Positions 50,935 to 59,900 of a stretch of DNA of 64,000 nt are shown piece after piece. Each line of letters starts with the position of its first letter. Positions within the stretch are counted from its first letter, which is position 1. Location of the stretch: positions 61,444,001-61,508,000 of the forward strand of contig NC_045696.1 of NCBI RefSeq assembly GCF_009834535.1, given 5' to 3'. Below the pieces are notes generated by a model that did no database searches, was not told the DNA's origin, and saw only the letters and a list, made by a program, of their open reading frames with translations. Source of the DNA: Camelus ferus. Lineage: Eukaryota. The translations under genes and the position numbers were made by a program.

Positions 50935-53900
50935 ACACACACTCGTGGTTTAAAATTCTTTAATGGCTCTCTGACACCTACAGTATAAATTCCAGAGCGT
51001 GATCAGGCCTCAGCTTATCTCTCTGGCTTTGCCTCTCCTTTTCCCCACCCTACACAATTCAGTATAGTCATACTATATCACGTGCTTGGAATGTCCTTAT
51101 CCTCCTTATCTCCCCCTTCATCTTGTTCATGCATGCTCAAGAATCACCATAAGTGTTACTTCTGCCAATTCATGTGCTAAGCATTCTCTACACTACCGCC
51201 TCCTCACTCCCACCCTTGTGATACTCTTCTATTATATACATAGATATACTACTAAGCAGTAAGTGTATGCTTACTTTCTGGCTCCTCTGAAAAAGCAGGA
51301 GCGTCTTGAACACAGCAATTGGCTTTTGTCTTGGTAACCCCAGCATTCAGCATTGTGTTCACTTGCATGGACCAACATATAATAAACTGACTTAGAACTA
51401 TCTCAGTACTTCAGCCAACCAGTTAGTATACCAGGGAAAGAAGAGCCAGATTTTGGCCAAAATAACTCTTCCATATCCTTTGAAATTTAAACCACACATA
51501 TTTATGTTTCACATTTCATTTACAAAGCAATATGGTTACACTGTGGAAATTGCAAATGGCAAATGAGTACTTAGGATAAATGAATTTAAGAAAAAACTTC
51601 CAGTGATAGTATCACATACAAATTTTAAAAGTGCTGTATCTCAAACAATGTAAAGTGAAAATCACATGCTCAAAAAAACTGTCAATGATACAGAATAGCT
51701 ACAGCTTTGTCAGACAGCTGACAAAGACATATCTAAGATGCTAGTGGAAAAAAGAACAAAATTATTTCATGAAACATGATTGGAAAATAGCATTAATATA
51801 CTATATTGTGATTAAATGTTAAATTAGTAAGTAATATTAAAAAAGCATCCAATCATTTCACTTGGAATCTCTAGAAATTTACATTAGTCAAAAATCTTTT
51901 TTGGGCATTAGACAAATATAGAATTGCCTTTTTTGGAGTGTGCTTTATATCTGGGTATATACAGTAATTTAAGTTACCTAGGGCCAGGGAGGTTTTTTCC
52001 TTTAAAGGGGCTTCACATATTACTCAAATTTAAGAAACTTTGTTCTACTCTTCTATCTTCTTCAACTGCAAACCAATCCTACAGTTTCTATCTAATTAAT
52101 ACCACCCCTATCCATCCTGTTCTGTGTCTGTTGCTGTAGTCTTTGTTTAAGCCTTCAACATCTCTTACATGAACTATCGGATTTCTTTGCTCTTGGTCAT
52201 GCTCCTTTTGATCTACCTTCTACGCTGCAAAGGAATGTAAATTTGATTATCTCTCTGTTTCAATAGTTCTGCACTGCTGACTGGAAAAGTTTCCATCTCT
52301 CTTGAGCCGCACACAAGACTTCGCCCTTATAAACCACTCTGATTTTATACCCCTCCACTCTCTTCTCACTTCATACTATTCTCTCAAGCTGCAGAGGTCT
52401 ATGTCATCATCTAGATAGATCCCTTGGTGGTACTTTACAATGCCATATCATTGCATAATATGGATAGTGATAGCAGTCAAATCAGTTCCCTCATTTTTCT
52501 TGACTACACACCAAATACCCAACTTTCTGCTAAGTTTTGGACCTTTTCCCAACCCCTTCCCACCCTGAAGTAGATACAGGAATGGTTATTACTTTTCCAG
52601 GGAGCCTTATCTCTATCCTAGTCCCTGCTAGTTCTTCTATCTTACAAACTTTAAAAACTCACTGAACTGGCCAGTTCTCACATTTCTCATACCAGTTCTA
52701 ATCTCTGTAAGTTCTCCGTCAAGCTGAACCAAAAGTTCTCAAATTCTAGTATATACAAATTTACATTCTCACCATTAGAAAACACACTTTTAAAAAGTTG
52801 TATCTCAAAATAAGAACAAATTCAACTTTTTGAAGGGAAGAAGATCAAATATCTGAATAGCCAACCGTATGTTAGGTTATTAAATACAAACTCTTGGGGC
52901 AAAAACAGCACAAATTTGATGAAAAATATCAAGACTCACGTGCTTCCATATTATTACCTCATAAAACCTGAGGCTTTGTTTCAGTGCTTTTCTAATATTT
53001 TTACATCGTGTCCAGTTATATTGTGTTGTATTACTGTACTTCTTAAATGTTAGTCTAAAAGTTGTGTTTATTGTACTCCGCCATTTTAATTTACTTTTCT
53101 ACATAGCAGCTTCTGAAAATTAAAAGGTTCCTATAAGTAAACTACTCCGACTGCTTATTCTAGCAAGAGATGCATGTACTATTACGTTTTGCCTCATAAC
53201 AAACCCCAAACTAGCTTCTGAATGGCATATCTACTGATCTTTTTCTTTCATAGAATTAAATGGCTGATTTTATACCATTTTGGCTCTTGTCTCTTTAGGT
53301 GCTCACATTGCACTAAAGCACCACAAAAAGCACAAAGAACACGCTGATGGGGGATTGAAACTTCCTTCTGCTATAACAGCAATCAACGCTGGCTGCTTTC
53401 ACTCCTATTGAAATTTATTTGTTTGTAAGGAAATTCGCCTTAAAAACGACCATTGCAAACAGTTGTCATTATCCTTCCACCACCCTCCAACTATTCAACT
53501 ATCAAAGCTCCAATGCCACCGATACAAGAACCATTTAGAGAATCTGTGGGTTCTGAAGTAAAACAGAAGATACTATAAAAATTAGGAACTTGTTAAACCA
53601 ATCCTCAGGCAAGCTGGTCTGTCAACAATATGGTCTGCCTACCTCAAAAGTCTTCCTAATCACCTAAAAATGTTTATGCTGCCTAAAACACTATTACTCA
53701 AGAGATTAATTTGGGTAAACAAACATCCTTTTCAAAACTATAAACACTTATTGAAGAGTTAAGGATGTATCAACTATTTCACAATGTGAACTAATTCAGT
53801 CATACTACTTCCCTAAAACCTAGCAACAATCAACTAGAGGGTTCAGATATGAGAATGGAGGGTTGGTTCAGGAAAAAAGGGGTGTAAGTAGCTTTAGCAC

Positions 53901-56900
53901 TTCAAGTACCTTTGGGAGGAGAGGTAAGGAAGGTCTGCATGAAGCGTCACATGGCTGGGGGTGAGGGAGGGTAACTTAAGGCACTAAAAAGACACTGGGC
54001 TCCTGGGGACAGAGACATCCAACAGTTCAAATGAAGTTATCAAAATTTTTCCTCTAGGGGGAGGGTATAGCTCAGTGATAGAGCACATGCTTAGCATGCA
54101 TGAGGTCCTGGGTTTAATTCCCATTACCGCCACTTAAATAAAAAATAAACAAACAAACCTAATTCCTTCCTACTCCCTCCCCCTGCAAATAAATTAAAAA
54201 TAAATAAATAAAAACAATAATTAAAAAAAGAAAAAAAAAAACTTTTTCCTCTGACCAGTCCTATACCCAATAACGAAGAGAAAACATTCTTCATATTCCC
54301 TTTTGTTCTCACGTTAGAGAGTATAATATAGCCATTAAGAACCTGGATATTGAATCCTAGTTCTATTATTCACTAGTTGTGTGACTCTGAGCTAGTTACT
54401 AATTTCTCTAGCCCTCAGTTTCCTCAGTTACAAAACAGGGATAGTACCAATTTCATGAAGTATTTGTGTGTATTAAGACAATTCATATTAAAGAACTTGG
54501 CACAGCTCCTTATCGGCAAACAGTTAACTGTTAATAAAAATAGACCGTCCCTTTATATCTGAAACTAACATTGTAAATTGATTTCAGTAAAAAATAAGAA
54601 TTAAAAAAAAGAAAAAAAATAGACTGTCCCAAGTTATATGGTACTCAAACTATCAATGAAATCAAGTGAAAAATATCTGAAGTATGAAGTATGAATATTT
54701 ATATATAGCTATGGAGAAACACATTATGTCAGAGTAATAACCAGAGTAAGACTGTTTTCTTTCCCTCACTCATCTGATGCTATGACTGTGTTTCACTCAT
54801 GTTACACTCATTTTTTTTAAGTGGTAAAATAAAGAAAGCAAAAAATATTACTCTAAAAAAACCTGAATGTTAAGGATAAAGAATAAAATGATACACAAAA
54901 GGGATCTGTTCCAAAGAAATCTGTAACAACTAGATAGCATTCCAGTATGATTGAGAAGTATCAAAAGCTTATGTAGAGACAGAGGAAAATGTAATCAAAG
55001 TACAGGTAAGTATTCCAAAATTTCCTAGGTCCAGAGGTCTATTGAACTATAGATTAAAATAGAATTTATTAAAAGGGATTATACAGGGAATGACTTTAAA
55101 ACACAGAAATAAAGATATAATAAAGGAATAATAACTGTGCTATTTGGGGGGCAGATGGTGTCAACACTGGAGGCTCAGAATTGCCAACCTATCTATAATC
55201 TTCATTTAACCATTTAGTGCTAGAATCTAAGCTATAGGCAGCATATCCTGGAGATGGCCCTATCATATCTGTTGACAATTTGACAGGATAACCTCCATCA
55301 CTGGAGCTTGTCAGGATAGTGATTTAAGAGCTTTTCTAAAAGAGTCTCTGCCTATGAAGATTTTTTAAAAAGAAGGCACATGCTAAATCCTGGCAAGATT
55401 GAAGAGGCAGTGTTAGAGAGGGGCCCAAGAAGCAAAGTACACCATTCACTTTCCTAAATAAAGCCAAATTAACTGAGCCATCTGTGCTGGGATAATCAGG
55501 CATTCTTAGTTTATCACTTTTGTATCACTTAGTATACCATTTTAGAAACAGAAGACAACTGAAGGGTAATTAAAGGTTCCAGTGGTTCTTTTTTTTTAAA
55601 TTGAAGAATAATTTACAATGTTGTGTTAGTTTCAGATGTACAGCAAAGGGATATATATATATATATGTATATACATGTGTATGTATGTGTGTGTGTCTAT
55701 AGTCTTTTCCAGGTTCTTTTCCATTATAGGTTATTACAAGATATTGCATATAGTTTCCCATGCTATACAGTAGGTACTTGTTATTTATCTGTTTTATATA
55801 CAGTAGTGTGTATGTGTTAATCCCAAACTCCTAAATTATCCCTCCCCTTCTTTCCCCCTTTGGTAACCATAAATTTGTTTTCTATGTCTGTGAGTCTGTC
55901 TGTTTTGTAAGTAAGTTTATTTACATTATTTTTTTAGGTTCCATATGTAGGTAGCATCATATGACATTTGTCTTTCTCTGTCTGACTTCACTTAGTACGA
56001 TAATCTCTAGGTTCATCCATGTTGCTGCAAATGGCATTACTGCATTCTTTTCATGGCTGAGTAGTAGTTCATTATACAGATATATATGTATATAGGTATC
56101 AGATGCTCTTTGGGGGGCAGATGGTATCAACACTGGAGGCTCAGAATTGCCAATCTATCTATAATCCTCACTTAAACATTAAGTGCTAAAATCTAAGCTA
56201 TAGGCTGTGTGTGTGTATGTATCTCACAAATTCTTTATCCATTCATCTGTCAATGGACATTTAGGCTGCTTCCATGTTTTGGCTATTGTAAATAGTGCTG
56301 CTCTGAACTTTGGGGTGCATGTATCTTTTCCAATTAAGAGTTTTCCCCAGATATATGCCCAGGATGGGATTGCAGGATCATACACTAACTCTATTTTTAG
56401 TTTTTAAAGGAACCTTCATATTGTTGTTCATAGTGGCACCAATTCACATGCCCACCATGTAGGAGGGTTCCTTTTTCGCCACATCCTCACCAGCATTTAT
56501 TATTTGCAGACTTTTTAATGATGGTCATTCTGACTAGTGCGAGGTGACACCTCATTGTACTTATGATTTGTATTTGTCTCCAGTGATTCTTAATGTCAGG
56601 AAGTAGTAGAGGCATTTGGTGCTGTGAGAGATCTTTTTTGGTGTTTCATGATTGTAGAGTAGGGGGCACTACTGACATTTAGTGGAGAGAAGCTGGGGTC
56701 CTTTAGTAGGCTGGAAAATGGCCCCTGTCCTCTAAAGACTATTCACACTTTCATTTCAGACTTCTGGCCTCCAGAACTGTAAGAGAATAAATGTGTGTTA
56801 AGCCATGCAGTTTGTGGTAACTTGTTACAGCAGCCACAGGAAGCTAATACAAGCGCTAAATCTTCTGTAATGAATGCAACAGTCCTACTCAACAAAAAAT

Positions 56901-59900
56901 TGTCCTAGCCAAAATGCCAACACTTCCGCATAGCTAAATAGAGAAATCGAAAGTTAACTGAGTGAGCAGAGGAAAAGCAAGAAGGGCTAAATGATACAGA
57001 TGAAATGAACAGTGATAAATTTAATCAAATTATAAATTTTACCTGTATACTCAGAGGTAATAACAACTTCTGATGGGTCAGCTGTAAAAACTTTGAACTC
57101 CTATCTTATTACATTCAGATTAAAGAACATACCTTTTTCAAAAGGGGAAGGGGATCTAATAAAACAAATTTGCAGATTTAAATTATCTGTGAACCTGTTT
57201 AAATGGGCTTATTTTGAGGTCCCAATATTATAGGTAGCAGCAGGACAGCTTAATCTAACCCAATGTCTTTGTTTGGGCTGCTATAACAAAAATACCACAG
57301 ATTAGGTGGCTTAAACAACAAATGTTTATTTCTCACAGTTCTGGAGGCTGGGAAGTTCAAGATCAAGGCTCCAGCAGATTTGGTGTGTGATGCAGGCCAG
57401 TTTCCTGTGTGATAAACAAATGTCTTCTCACTGTGTACTCACATGGCTGAAGGGCCAGACAGCTCTCTGGGGTCTCTTTTTTTAAGGACACTAATCCCAT
57501 TCATAAGGACTCCATCCTCATGACCTAACCACCTCCCAAAGATCCCATCTCCTAATATCATCGCACTGGAGGTTAGGGTTTTAAAATATGTATTCTGGAG
57601 AGGACACAAAAATTCAGTCTATAACACCTAGGAATCCGCAGCTACGGCAGGAGTCCCACTTTACTATTTCTCACCACATACACTCTTTCTTTATCCATTA
57701 CCTTTTCTTCCTTCCATCTGCTTTAAGCTTGCTAATGGCACCAAAGCGCATTATTTACCCAGCTTGTGGCACACAATTTATCAGTGCCATCTCCTTGCTG
57801 CTGCCTTAGTTCACACTCTCTCCATTAATGACTTGATATAGGAAATAGCCCAAAACCTGTAATGCAATCCATGTCTCCACCACAGCTGGAAGAATGAAAA
57901 AACATTCCAAACTTTAGTAGTCCCTTATACTATTCTCTTCACTACTTTCAATGCCAAAAGAACAGTCTCTTCACCACTATCAAGGTATGGTACTGAGAAA
58001 ATCTGACTGTGTTGCTCCCCTAATTAAAACTTTTCATCCAAGGCGGGGAGGGTATAGCTCAAGTGACAGAGCACATGCTTAGCATGCACGGGTCCTGGGT
58101 TCAATTCCCAGTACTGCCTCTAAAAATGAATGAATGGATGAATAAGTAAATAAATAAATACATAAATCCTAATTACCTTCCTCCTCAACAAAAAATAAAA
58201 TTCAGAACAACTCCAAGATTTCTTAACATGGGTTACAAGGCCCTTCCTAATCTGGTGCCCACTTAACTCTTCAGCACCATTTATTGTATCTCCTCCTAGC
58301 TATGCTCTATTCATTTGGAATTATCATCAATTCCTTCAACTACTGCCTTTCTCTTCTTGTCTCTATATATGTGTAAGTCTGTCCCTCTCTCCTCCAGGTT
58401 TCTGCACATATTTCTCCTGTGAGAAACATCTCTCCTCCAGGTTTTAGCTAAGAAATTATTTCTTCTGGGAAGCCTTTCTTGACCTCCCTCTTTTGTGCTA
58501 CTATAATAGCTCCTTACCATTATCCCAATGTATTATCATATTTATGTGTCTGTATTCCTGTTAATCTTTAAGTTTTCTGAGGACATACACCATGTCTTAT
58601 TCATGGTAGTATCCTCAAAATCTTAACCATGCCTGGCACATAGTGCCGTATCAATAAATACTGAATTTATTACTAAGAATCTGTTCACAATTCACCAAAA
58701 AAAGTACCACCTCCCTAAATTTCTGCTCAGACTTCATTATCACCTTTGAAATAGTTCTCAAAATTCCAGAAGAGTTTTCTTTTAATATCTAGAACACTTG
58801 AAAACACCTTTCCTGACACAGAGAACTTTAAATACATCTTAATACTAACTCAAGAAAAATGCAAAAAGAATATGAATGGTAATTGGCCACAAAGCCAAAT
58901 ACCACAAACACCAGAGTTTCTAATGTCTTTAACAAATATGCATTCATTCAACGATTTGAAAGAAGGATTAAGCTAAGGGGGTTCCATAATTTCACTAAGT
59001 ACATTCAAGCTTTATGGAATTCTATACTATCAACCTCTGGTACTCTTCTAGGCCTCCACTTTCTATTCCCTCACATTTTGGCTTTACCTGTTGATTGTTT
59101 ATTTTTACCTCTTCTATAGCATCTATGTATCCCTCATCTCATGAATTATTCTGATTAATCTGTGCATTTTGTATGTGTGTGGCTGGATATCAGCCCAAGC
59201 TAGTGTTAATGGGATACTGCCATGATTCAAAACATTTAAAAAACTGTTCTAAAAAAAAAATCAAAACACTGTTCTTTTGGAATTACCTTTAGATCCAGTG
59301 GCATGTTCCTTTCTCATGTTTTGAAAATTGGTATGACTTCTGAAAGTAGTCAGCAGTCATTCAAAGCCATCTTTGAGAGTATCAAGGGAGATGAAACTGA
59401 GTAATATTGCAAAATGTGGCAGACTATAAAGTAACAGGACTGGTTTTCTATGTAGCTTCATATAATGCAATGGCACCAAGTGGTAAAGGTATATAGCTTC
59501 TCTGTGTGATCACTTCAAAGACAATCATTTATCTTGGTCATTTGATTATCAAAGAGTCTAATCATAGGGAAAATGTTTATGATATAAAGTAAATTGAAAA
59601 TTTCAGAATTCTAAATTATGTATACTATGATCCACAATGTAAAAAATAATTTTAAAATAATTTATGAAATTAAATAAGTATGTAAATAAGAATTGGAAGG
59701 TAATATGTGAAATAAATAAGATTGCTATTGTGAGAATGAATTAGTGTTTCCTTTTTTCAAAATTATGTCATGGTGATGTGATATATTTTTAAATATCTTT
59801 TTAATTTTTAACTTAGTTTTTAATTTATTTTAATTTAATTTAGCTTTAATATTTAAATATTAAATATGAAGTCATACTTCATACTCACATACCACACATT

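Noticed and set aside
52880..53600. Unique-looking intron 1 segment as a possible ncRNA or conserved element
   Set aside because: No snoRNA boxes, hairpin or splice signals I could substantiate; conservation cannot be judged from one sequence.
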